The notes below the pieces were generated by a model. That model had not been told where the DNA came from, made no database searches, and saw only the letters and a list, made by a program, of their open reading frames with translations. A stretch of 64,000 bases of DNA from a virus: positions 1 through 64,000 of the IMG/VR virus record IMGVR_UViG_3300000547_000002; one strand, written 5' to 3'. Shown piece by piece: positions 27,524 through 35,685 of this stretch (its first letter is position 1; every line of letters starts with the position of its first letter). A program made the translations under genes and the position numbers.

Positions 27524-28893
27524 CTCTGGCACAAGTCCCAAAAACTTTGCATTTCTGGAAATGTGTCAGTAAAATTTGAATTTCTTCTTCTATCGTGCTC
27601 GGAAAACCAAGCATAAAAGTTTTTTCTTGCTACTATTAACTTATCTTCTTCATAAAAAGTAGATGCCATGTAATCAACTACTCTTTTGAACTTTTCATAC
27701 TCTAGATCTGTGAATTTAGTTCTATCACTATTGTCTTGATTGCGTTTTATAAAATCTAAATGAGAATACATATAGAGCATGTATTCTTCTTTCGGTAGAA
27801 TATTCATGTCAAATATAGTAGGTTCTTTCAAATGAGGTGTATCAAAACGAATTCTTTGCCATTGTGTTTCGTTTTTGTTCGAATTGTATCTTTCGCGCCA
27901 TTCTAGTATCTTTTCTAGCAATAAATTAAAACTTGTAACGCAAAATATATTGAACGTAATCATAAATGTTACAGGCAATCCTGTATTTGAGAGATAATAG
28001 TCTAGATTACGCTCCCATAATTTGATATCTAGACCGTGACGAGCGTATTCTGCTCTTTCCCCCCAGGTATCAATTGAAGTATATAATTTAAAACTTTTAA
28101 TTGCGTTTATAGAACGCAGATAACTGATCCTTTCTACTAGACGTTCTACGAGTTTGGGTTTGACCCCAAGATTTGAGTTAATTTCTATCTGTATATGCGG
28201 TTTCGGATCTTCCTCCAGTTTATCAAACAAATCCCATGTACTTTTATGCATCAAAGGCTCGCCGCCTGTTATTCGCAGTATGTTAAGAGTCTTTGAAACT
28301 TCGGGCCACCATTCCCACCATGCTTTTACATATGGATTTTCTTCTTCTCTGTGATAGACTTTGAACCAATCTATGTCCTGTCTATGATCTGTAGCAGTAT
28401 CATAAGGTCCATGTTCGTCAATTTCTTTCCAATACCTAGAACTTGCTTTAGGATGACAATAGCCACACTTGAAGTTACACTCATTTGAGAAAGAAATTTC
28501 AATATACTCCGGATTTACGTTGTATTCTGCACCGCCTTGTTTTATTTCTTCCAATCTTTCTGGTGTATATATTGAAGCAGTTTTGATATGACGATCGGAA
28601 ACATAGTCTTTGCCCATTGCTTCTATTTTCCAGCAGTAGGAACATCCTGCAGGCTGCTGTCCTTTCATCATAAATTCTCGTTCCTGCTTTTTTTGACGAG
28701 TATTATGAAGTGCAGATGGGTTGTTTTCAAGTTCTTCCAACGGAATAGGATGCGGAGCAGGATGATAGCAAGAGTGAGTTTCGCCTGTTTGTAGATAAAT
28801 CGTGGTATGATGCCACTTTGCCATACAGAAAGTAGGAGAAATTTCTCTATCTGTATGAGGAATAATCTGTTTTATCTCTTCAAGTTCGCTCAT
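27517..28893 (-). CDS. radical SAM protein with N-terminal SPASM/Twitch domain
   Basis: CNFKCGYC, ITGGEP, INSNL; N-terminal CMAKW..HSCYH..CSYC. Confidence 0.9.
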   Translation of the reverse strand: MSELEEIKQIIPHTDREISPTFCMAKWHHTTIYLQTGETHSCYHPAPHPIPLEELENNPSALHNTRQKKQEREFMMKGQQPAGCSYCWKIEAMGKDYVSDRHIKTASIYTPERLEEIKQGGAEYNVNPEYIEISFSNECNFKCGYCHPKASSRYWKEIDEHGPYDTATDHRQDIDWFKVYHREEENPYVKAWWEWWPEVSKTLNILRITGGEPLMHKSTWDLFDKLEEDPKPHIQIEINSNLGVKPKLVERLVERISYLRSINAIKSFKLYTSIDTWGERAEYARHGLDIKLWERNLDYYLSNTGLPVTFMITFNIFCVTSFNLLLEKILEWRERYNSNKNETQWQRIRFDTPHLKEPTIFDMNILPKEEYMLYMYSHLDFIKRNQDNSDRTKFTDLEYEKFKRVVDYMASTFYEEDKLIVARKNFYAWFSEHDRRRNSNFTDTFPEMQSFWDLCQSQ

Positions 28894-29792
28894 TTCTGCC
28901 TTTTAATAATTCTTGGCGTGTTTCTATAGGTTGATTTGAAGAATCTACTTCCTGCTTCGTCTAATAGTGCAATCTCAATACCTAATTTGCTTGTAAGACC
29001 GTGTTCTAATTCGTTAACTTCTTCTATTACAGCATTTTCGTCTTTGGTTTTGTGATTGTCGTTCCAATATTCTGTAAGATACTCAAAATCTCTAACTTGT
29101 TTATATTCCCAGTCTGTGCAGTTTGTAAGATAACAGCCTTCTCTTGCTCCGTATATGCTCCATAAACCATTTTCTACGTCTGCTCCTACAGAACACCATA
29201 TTTTAAGACGTTCTAGATTTTGCCACCATACTGTTTTAATGTCATTGACAGGGGATCCTTGGTCAAGACTCATTTTTACACCTTCTCTAAATCCTGCTCT
29301 CCAGGCTTGAAAAGGAGATCCGTTCGTGTATGATGTGGAATAGTTGTCATTAAATTGATAATACTTGTCATCGAAACAGAATTCTACGAGAGATCGTTCG
29401 TCTGCGTCATTTGCTGCTTCGTGAGTTTTCATATTTTGAACAAAATCTTTGTTCCATAGTTTTAAACCGCCATTTCCATACATTAACCCATTTACATAGA
29501 CTCGTCCGCACCAAGAAAAAACGTGATCGCGTGTTAATCCAAGCTCGTCAATGTCAATAACTACGTTTAGAAATGATTGATCTACAATATTGTCCGCATC
29601 TACGGTTACAAAATAGTCTGTGTCCGAAATATCAGCACAGGCTTTGTGAGCAGCGTCAGATCCCTTTACACCGTGAACTCTTTTTGCCCACGGAATTTTT
29701 TGACATAGGTCAGCATAATTCTTTTCTGCGTTAGGTTCGTCAAAAGAAAGAAATATCACATCCTGTTCTGCTACAACTATTTTGTTTGACAC
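28890..29792 (-). CDS. GT2-like glycosyltransferase
   Basis: DVIFLSFDEPNA, TVDADN, YGNGGLKLW, AWRAGFREG. Confidence 0.7.
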   Translation of the reverse strand: MSNKIVVAEQDVIFLSFDEPNAEKNYADLCQKIPWAKRVHGVKGSDAAHKACADISDTDYFVTVDADNIVDQSFLNVVIDIDELGLTRDHVFSWCGRVYVNGLMYGNGGLKLWNKDFVQNMKTHEAANDADERSLVEFCFDDKYYQFNDNYSTSYTNGSPFQAWRAGFREGVKMSLDQGSPVNDIKTVWWQNLERLKIWCSVGADVENGLWSIYGAREGCYLTNCTDWEYKQVRDFEYLTEYWNDNHKTKDENAVIEEVNELEHGLTSKLGIEIALLDEAGSRFFKSTYRNTPRIIKRQK

Positions 29793-30364
29793 TGGGTTAT
29801 CCTTTGAAAGCTATATTTTTCGAACATTTTTGCTGTAAAAACGGAAATGTCCTGTATTTCTTCTTCAAATTTCATATCGAAAGGTACTACAGCATAGTTA
29901 TCTCTTACTACTCGTGAAAAATCAACAGAAAGAGTTTTGTAAAGCACATTAGGATCGTGTTTTGCTGTGACGGAAAATGTAATTTCTCTGTTTAGTCGAA
30001 CTCCCTGCTGTTTTAGGTTTTGATTAAGAGACTTTCCTAATAGAATCTTCCAACAGGAATTTGGTATGTCCTGTAAAACCGTTATGTCAGCGTTGTCGTC
30101 GTTGTTTTCTGGTAATTCGTATATAAAGTCATTTACAGAAGCACCATCAAACTGCATTTCATGAACATTTACAAGTGCCAGCTGTTTCTTTTTAGGATCA
30201 TACTCTACTCTGTAGTTTCTTCGTCTTTCTTTTCCTTGTAGAATGCCTACAACTTCTTCTAAATCAACAGCTATATCGTGATGATTCGCACTTGGTTTAG
30301 GAGATATTCCTATGATTTTGCCTGTGTCTTCTTCAAATCTCACATACATTATGTCTGAAGACAT
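29777..30364 (-). CDS. hypothetical protein in the GT operon
   Basis: 195-aa ORF overlapping both neighbours. Confidence 0.75.
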   Translation of the reverse strand: MSSDIMYVRFEEDTGKIIGISPKPSANHHDIAVDLEEVVGILQGKERRRNYRVEYDPKKKQLALVNVHEMQFDGASVNDFIYELPENNDDNADITVLQDIPNSCWKILLGKSLNQNLKQQGVRLNREITFSVTAKHDPNVLYKTLSVDFSRVVRDNYAVVPFDMKFEEEIQDISVFTAKMFEKYSFQRITQCQTK

Positions 30365-31179
30365 TTTTCAAACTTCCTTATCTTGTCTTCTGTTACAAAA
30401 TCGTTTTCTGTATAATGAAATACACCGTTTTGATGAAAATTTCCAATTTTTAGCGTTGCTTGTTCTGTAAGATACACACCTACTTTATCCTGCCAGCGGG
30501 AAGTTGGCATTTTCCAGTTCTGTATTTGTGATTTCATATGAATAACGGAAACAATGTCGCTTGTTTGGTTGGATATTTCTGTGTCGCAATCCGTAATTTT
30601 AGCAGCAATTGCTGTAGTGATGTCCATTGACGGTTCTTTAGGGTAGAAATTCGAACAGAAATGCCCGTAAAACAATTCCCAGTTGTTAGATATTAATTCT
30701 ACCCATTCAAAAAACTGTTTTGCTTTGTTGGATTTTTTAAAATAGTGCAAGCAGTTGTAGAAGTTTGGTAAATCATTAGCAGTAAATGCTTTTCTGTAAT
30801 AATCAGACTCTACAAGTTCTTGTCTATACGTAAAAACTCTTGTAGGAAAATATACTTCGTAATTTTTTAATAGATTCCAAGCATAATTTAAATTTTGTAA
30901 CACAAGAACATCAGAATCTATAACGATAGTTTCATCATAGGGCGTTGCGTGATAGATTTTCCATCTATTTTGAGTTTTTAATCTGGTTTCGTCCGATTTA
31001 TACCACGGAATTTCTACGATCTTATCAAAAACGTGTGTGTATTGCTGGGGGATAGTGTTATTTGTTATTATACTAACGGGTAAATCGTTGCCAGATGCCT
31101 TCAAACTTAAAGCAGCAAGGTAAGATTGCTGTATATATTCTTCTCCGTCGGCAAAAACGCAGTATCCTTTGCTATTCAT
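30349..31179 (-). CDS. GT-A fold (GT8-like) glycosyltransferase
   Basis: TPYDETIVIDSD (DxD), YFKKS, IHMK, FHY; ATGA-coupled start 31179. Confidence 0.65.
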   Translation of the reverse strand: MNSKGYCVFADGEEYIQQSYLAALSLKASGNDLPVSIITNNTIPQQYTHVFDKIVEIPWYKSDETRLKTQNRWKIYHATPYDETIVIDSDVLVLQNLNYAWNLLKNYEVYFPTRVFTYRQELVESDYYRKAFTANDLPNFYNCLHYFKKSNKAKQFFEWVELISNNWELFYGHFCSNFYPKEPSMDITTAIAAKITDCDTEISNQTSDIVSVIHMKSQIQNWKMPTSRWQDKVGVYLTEQATLKIGNFHQNGVFHYTENDFVTEDKIRKFEKCLQT

Positions 31180-32060
31180 ACAATACACCTATTTAAACTA
31201 AACTTGTTCATACAGTGTAAATTAGAATTTTTTAGAGATAATAGTGTGTATTCGCCTGTATATTTGGGCTTTTCAAGCAAAATTGTTAATTTTTCTCTGT
31301 CAATATCCCATAAAATGCTTTTATCTGTGATGTAATAGAGTTTTCCAGGCATTGATTTTGCAAAATCTCCTTGTTCATAGCCGTTCATAATGTGAATTGC
31401 TATAGAAAATGCATAATCATTGCGAAAATACGGGGTGTTAATCTGAAAAATTGAGCAATAATGATTCCAATTTTCCTGTATGTGCGCTACTAAATCAAAA
31501 AATATGCGGTTTTGCTCCGTTTTTCTAAAGAAAACAGCGGTTGCCCAGTAAAAATCTACGGAAGTTTCCGAAACTCTTTCAAAAACATCGCCTCTATCCA
31601 AGTCTAAAAGATCTACACAGTCTTTATAAACAAGAAAATCGTGCGATTGCTCAAAACATTTCTTCCAAAATCCATTAGAAATTACAACATCACTGTCTAA
31701 TAGCAGTGTTTCGTCATAAGGAGATGCTCGAAAAGCAGTTGATCGTAGGTTGTTTTTCCAATCCAACTTTTTTTCTACTAGAGTTCCGTCGTAAAATTTC
31801 TTAACAGCGTGATTTTCTGACGGAGAATATACTGTGTTTTCTTTTAGATCTTTTTCTTTCCATACAACAGAAATTACTTGATCAAAAACAGATTCGTAAT
31901 CAGGATATTCGTGTTCGAGATAAGATAGGCTATCTGTAACTATTGACGTAGGAAGATCAAGATATTTGCGCACTCTCTTAGCAAGAAAATAGGCCTGTTT
32001 GATGTAATCAATCTGAGAATTATTTCTAGCATAAACAAGTATGCCTTGAGTTTTATTCAT
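31176..32060 (-). CDS. GT-A fold (GT8-like) glycosyltransferase
   Basis: SPYDETLLLDSD, WATAVFFRK, RNDYAFS, LHCMNK; tandem paralog of the adjacent GT (30349..31179). Confidence 0.65.
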   Translation of the reverse strand: MNKTQGILVYARNNSQIDYIKQAYFLAKRVRKYLDLPTSIVTDSLSYLEHEYPDYESVFDQVISVVWKEKDLKENTVYSPSENHAVKKFYDGTLVEKKLDWKNNLRSTAFRASPYDETLLLDSDVVISNGFWKKCFEQSHDFLVYKDCVDLLDLDRGDVFERVSETSVDFYWATAVFFRKTEQNRIFFDLVAHIQENWNHYCSIFQINTPYFRNDYAFSIAIHIMNGYEQGDFAKSMPGKLYYITDKSILWDIDREKLTILLEKPKYTGEYTLLSLKNSNLHCMNKFSLNRCIV

Positions 32061-32406
32061 AATCAACTAATTTTGACACTGAACGTTTTTTTAGTAGCTC
32101 TTTGTATTCTGCATGATAGGTATTAGCAGCAGAAAAATATCTATCTGTTATATCAGAAAGAAACTCATCAAGATCAGATACCATTACGGGTGTTTCGTTG
32201 TCGTCAATTAACACAATGTCTTCGTCATTGCCTTTTTCTACAAGCATATTAACGAAAGTTAGTAACTGCTTATTGACCGTAAATTGCCCGCCGTTAAAAT
32301 AATGAACAATGTTTTCTTTAAATTGCTCTCTTAACATTCTTTTTTGATTGTTCAGAGTGACCATGTAATTAGAAAATTCAAGTGCTTTTTCCAATCTTTC
32401 GTCCAT
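32053..32406 (-). CDS. hypothetical protein leading the GT operon
   Basis: ATG32406 (MDERLEKALEFS) with AGGAG RBS. Confidence 0.8.
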   Translation of the reverse strand: MDERLEKALEFSNYMVTLNNQKRMLREQFKENIVHYFNGGQFTVNKQLLTFVNMLVEKGNDEDIVLIDDNETPVMVSDLDEFLSDITDRYFSAANTYHAEYKELLKKRSVSKLVDYE

Positions 32407-32429
32407 AGAGAATCTCCTGTTATTAAAGT

Positions 32430-32457
32430 AGTTTAACAGAATAATTTCATATGTCAA
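32430..32457 (-). promoter_or_regulatory. sigma70-type promoter TTGACA-N16-TAAACT with TGn extension
   Basis: -35 at 32457-32452 and -10 at 32435-32430, in the gap between the fibre gene and the GT operon. Confidence 0.55.
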
Positions 32458-32460
32458 GAA

Positions 32461-34632
32461 TTATTGTGCAATTGGACCTTGAACGTTGGCTTGACCACCT
32501 TGCCAGTTTATATTTGCTTCGCCTATAATAGCAAAACCCGGTTGGCCGGGATTGTTAACATCATCATTAATACTGGACGGCGTTTTGGCATCTAGAGTTG
32601 TAGTTCCTATCTGTCCTGGCTGTCCAAAACCGCCGCCGTTTCCGCCTTGGGCACTGCCTGATGCTGTGTAAGTGTCTCCAGTTCCAGCTGGTGGATTCGC
32701 AGCTGAACCACCTTCACCGTCAGCGCCGCCTCCAGCCGGATCTACAGTAAATGTACCACTTTGAGATCCGCCTGCTCCTGGAGTAGATAGATTTGAATCA
32801 CCACCGTTGTCGCCTTCTGGGGCAACACCACCGGAGGCATTCCCGACACCAGCGCCGCCGCCAGCGGAAAATATTTCTGTAGCGAAACGATTTGACAAAA
32901 TAGCAGGGCCGCCGCCGCCACCGCCGCCGGAAATATTACCAAAATTAGTTACATTTGTAGGCGACAATACTTCGAATGCTAGCCCACCGTCTTGTCCGGG
33001 GCGTGTATTACTAGGTGATATAATAAATCCGCCGTCGCCGCCTCGTCCTAAAATACGTCCTGAATTGCTTAAAGATACTTGAGAACCAGACGGTAGATTG
33101 GGTATTCGAAAAGCAGGAATTGATGTGTTAGTAGAAAATATAGTTACACCGCTTGGTATAGTTACGGTACCTTGTACCCTCTGTACGGTATCCCAACCCC
33201 AATTGTCTCTAAGTTCTTCTTCTAAATCAAACTCTGCTCTAGTATTTGAAAGAAGAACATTGAAACCGGCATATTCAGACGTTACAAATGTTGTAGGATC
33301 ACTCCAAGGAGTCCAGCCTAGATTTTGTCCTTCATATCGCACTTGCCATCTATATGCTTCATTTGTTCCTCTTACGTCATCAAACAGGTTGCTTCCAACT
33401 GTATAGGAAGTAGATGCACCAGTTTGATCTAAAAGAATAGTAGATCCGTCGCTTATCTTCTGAACGAACCATTGAGTAGCTACATGAGTATCTGATCCAT
33501 TTAATACCGCAAACTCTGAACCTTGTAAAACTACGCCTGTGTTAGTATATACAATTTGGTTATTAGATGGTGATGTGTTGTTAGGTATTGCAATAAACGT
33601 TTCTGAAGCAGTTTGTATGTCAAAAGGATCTACCGTGGTAAATGAAGGTGTATCTACAACAAGAGCTCCTCCTGCTTTCATATACGAATATGTAAAGGTA
33701 ATATTGCCTTCAACAGGCTCTTGTATTCCGCCTGCAACACTTCCTGTTCCGCCTGGATCTTCTTCAGGTCCATTATCTATCAGTGTAATTCTAAAACGCA
33801 GCGTTGATGAATTGTCTTCTCTTGCTTCTATAGTCCAAAAACTATTGCTGTAATCACCTGAATTAGCATCTTTTCTAAATATTGTTTGATAAGATGTTGT
33901 TAAATCATAATTTCCTAACACACCATCCGGAAAAGAAGTGCCTGCAGCGCCGCCAGTATCAACTGTACTATTATGATCAAATCTGACAGTTCCTACATTT
34001 TCTAGCATGTCTTTCCAATTATTGTCTCTTTGTAGACTTAAATTGGTTGAGGTTGTTAGATCTAAAGAAGCATCAAAACGTATTTCTCCGCCTGCGTTAA
34101 AAAAATATCTTCTTCGATTAAAGTCTGCGAAAGAAACAGTAAATTCTGTAAAGATCTGATCGTTCCAATCTCGCTGTCTAGTGTCTGATAAAACCGTATC
34201 AATCTGCTGTTGGTTTGCGGCTATATTAAACCTATTTGTTTCTAAGGCATCAATTTCAGCATAAAAATCATTTATACCTTTAGTATTATCTTGACTTAAT
34301 ATTGTAACATTGCCGCTAGAATCATAAGTAATATCTGTACCAGACACGTCTGCGCCTATTATATCACCGGTAGAATAATTGTTTATTCCAATTCCTTCTC
34401 CGTTTTGGTGCGTATAAACAGCATCAAAATCGTTTAAAAGATTTTGTATCTGGTCTCGAGTTACACTACTTCCATTAGGTATTGAAGCGTCTGTCAATGC
34501 ACTTACTTGAGAACTATTAACTGCTTGTCCGTATCCTTCGTCACCAGAACCGGTTCCTAGTAATTGAGATATTCTAGATTGAAGAGTGTTGTAATCTGAT
34601 GCGCTTATGGATTGGCCGGCACTTACAGTCAT
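32461..34632 (-). CDS. tail fibre/receptor-binding protein with gp38-like glycine-rich C-terminus
   Basis: N-terminal ~340 aa paralogous to 34680..35684; Ig/FN3-like middle (YRWQVRY..GWTPWSDP..F); C-terminal GRGGDGG, GQDGG, NFGNISGGGGGGG, GGGAG motifs. Confidence 0.7.
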   Translation of the reverse strand: MTVSAGQSISASDYNTLQSRISQLLGTGSGDEGYGQAVNSSQVSALTDASIPNGSSVTRDQIQNLLNDFDAVYTHQNGEGIGINNYSTGDIIGADVSGTDITYDSSGNVTILSQDNTKGINDFYAEIDALETNRFNIAANQQQIDTVLSDTRQRDWNDQIFTEFTVSFADFNRRRYFFNAGGEIRFDASLDLTTSTNLSLQRDNNWKDMLENVGTVRFDHNSTVDTGGAAGTSFPDGVLGNYDLTTSYQTIFRKDANSGDYSNSFWTIEAREDNSSTLRFRITLIDNGPEEDPGGTGSVAGGIQEPVEGNITFTYSYMKAGGALVVDTPSFTTVDPFDIQTASETFIAIPNNTSPSNNQIVYTNTGVVLQGSEFAVLNGSDTHVATQWFVQKISDGSTILLDQTGASTSYTVGSNLFDDVRGTNEAYRWQVRYEGQNLGWTPWSDPTTFVTSEYAGFNVLLSNTRAEFDLEEELRDNWGWDTVQRVQGTVTIPSGVTIFSTNTSIPAFRIPNLPSGSQVSLSNSGRILGRGGDGGFIISPSNTRPGQDGGLAFEVLSPTNVTNFGNISGGGGGGGPAILSNRFATEIFSAGGGAGVGNASGGVAPEGDNGGDSNLSTPGAGGSQSGTFTVDPAGGGADGEGGSAANPPAGTGDTYTASGSAQGGNGGGFGQPGQIGTTTLDAKTPSSINDDVNNPGQPGFAIIGEANINWQGGQANVQGPIAQ

Positions 34633-34653
34633 ACTTAGAGTCCATGTTTGGAA

Positions 34654-34661
34654 TATTTATA
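34654..34661 (-). promoter_or_regulatory. TATAAATA late promoter (full T4 consensus)
   Basis: Intergenic, 22 nt upstream of ATG34632. Confidence 0.65.
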
Positions 34662-34679
34662 AAAAATTTATTACAAACT

Positions 34680-35684
34680 TTATTCAAATGAGTTTATAAT
34701 CGAAAAGGCAGGTATTGGGGCTATTATTTCGCCGTTTGCTCTTCTGTAACTATACTCAAATTGTAAATCTGCTGTTACAGCTTCAACAACATTTTCATCA
34801 GTAAAATCATATAGCGATACTTTAAAGTCTATTTGGTTGTTGGATCTTTCTTTAGCTTCGATTTGCCAATAGTTATCAGAATAATCACCTGAACTTGCAT
34901 TCTTCCTAAAAATTATTTTGTAGGTTGTAGTTAAATCATAATTCCCTATAATACCATCAGGAAATGTAACGCCTGTAGTTGTCGATCCTGGTTCCTGCAG
35001 TGTAGAATTATAAGAAAATCTTACTTCTCCTACATTTTCCAGCATATCTTGCCAGCCTAGATCTCTCTGTAAACTATCACCTTCCGACGTATTAATATCT
35101 ACAGAACCTTCGAATCTGATTTCTCCGCCTGTGTTAAAAAAATAACGTCTTTCATTTTCATTATTGAAAGACACTGTAAACTCTGAAACAATCAAATTAT
35201 TCCAGTTTGTATTCCTAAAATCTGTTACTGCTATATTAACTTCTTCTTGATTTGATGCTATAAGAAATCTATCTACTTCGGCAGTTGACACAAAAGAAAT
35301 TAAATCATTGATACCTTTAGCGGTATCTTCATTTGTATATGAATATAAAAAATCACCAGGACTTGCAGGATTATCTGTAACCGTTACTCCGGTTGCACTT
35401 CTGTCTGCACCAATTAAATCGTCAGATGTAAACTCGCTTATAGGAAGATTTGTGCCATTTTGATGACGATAGATTTTTTCTAGATCATTTCTTAAATTGT
35501 TAACAAATTCAACTGTAATGTTGTCCGCATCAGATTCATTAGGTTCAGAAGGTGGCTGAACTAAACTTGAACTTACAGGCTGGCCATAACCAAAATCATC
35601 AAATCCGGTTCCTAATAATTGTGCTATGCGATTTTGTAGAGTGTTAAATTGCGAGGCAAGTATAGTATTACTTCGATTTACCAT
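34680..35684 (-). CDS. virion structural protein
   Basis: GYGQ.V.S and RYFFN.GGEIRF motifs; lies within the tail gene run. Confidence 0.7.
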   Translation of the reverse strand: MVNRSNTILASQFNTLQNRIAQLLGTGFDDFGYGQPVSSSLVQPPSEPNESDADNITVEFVNNLRNDLEKIYRHQNGTNLPISEFTSDDLIGADRSATGVTVTDNPASPGDFLYSYTNEDTAKGINDLISFVSTAEVDRFLIASNQEEVNIAVTDFRNTNWNNLIVSEFTVSFNNENERRYFFNTGGEIRFEGSVDINTSEGDSLQRDLGWQDMLENVGEVRFSYNSTLQEPGSTTTGVTFPDGIIGNYDLTTTYKIIFRKNASSGDYSDNYWQIEAKERSNNQIDFKVSLYDFTDENVVEAVTADLQFEYSYRRANGEIIAPIPAFSIINSFE

Positions 35685-35685
35685 A

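Noticed and set aside
12014-28893. RiPP cluster interpretation of the SPASM enzymes
   Set aside because: No convincing precursor peptide, RRE domain, peptidase or transporter; the context is sugar-centred. Modification of virion proteins is not excluded.
32461-35684. Diversity-generating retroelement or shufflon acting on the adhesin
   Set aside because: No reverse transcriptase or invertase; the repeated DNA is diverged paralogy, not an adenine-specific TR/VR pair.
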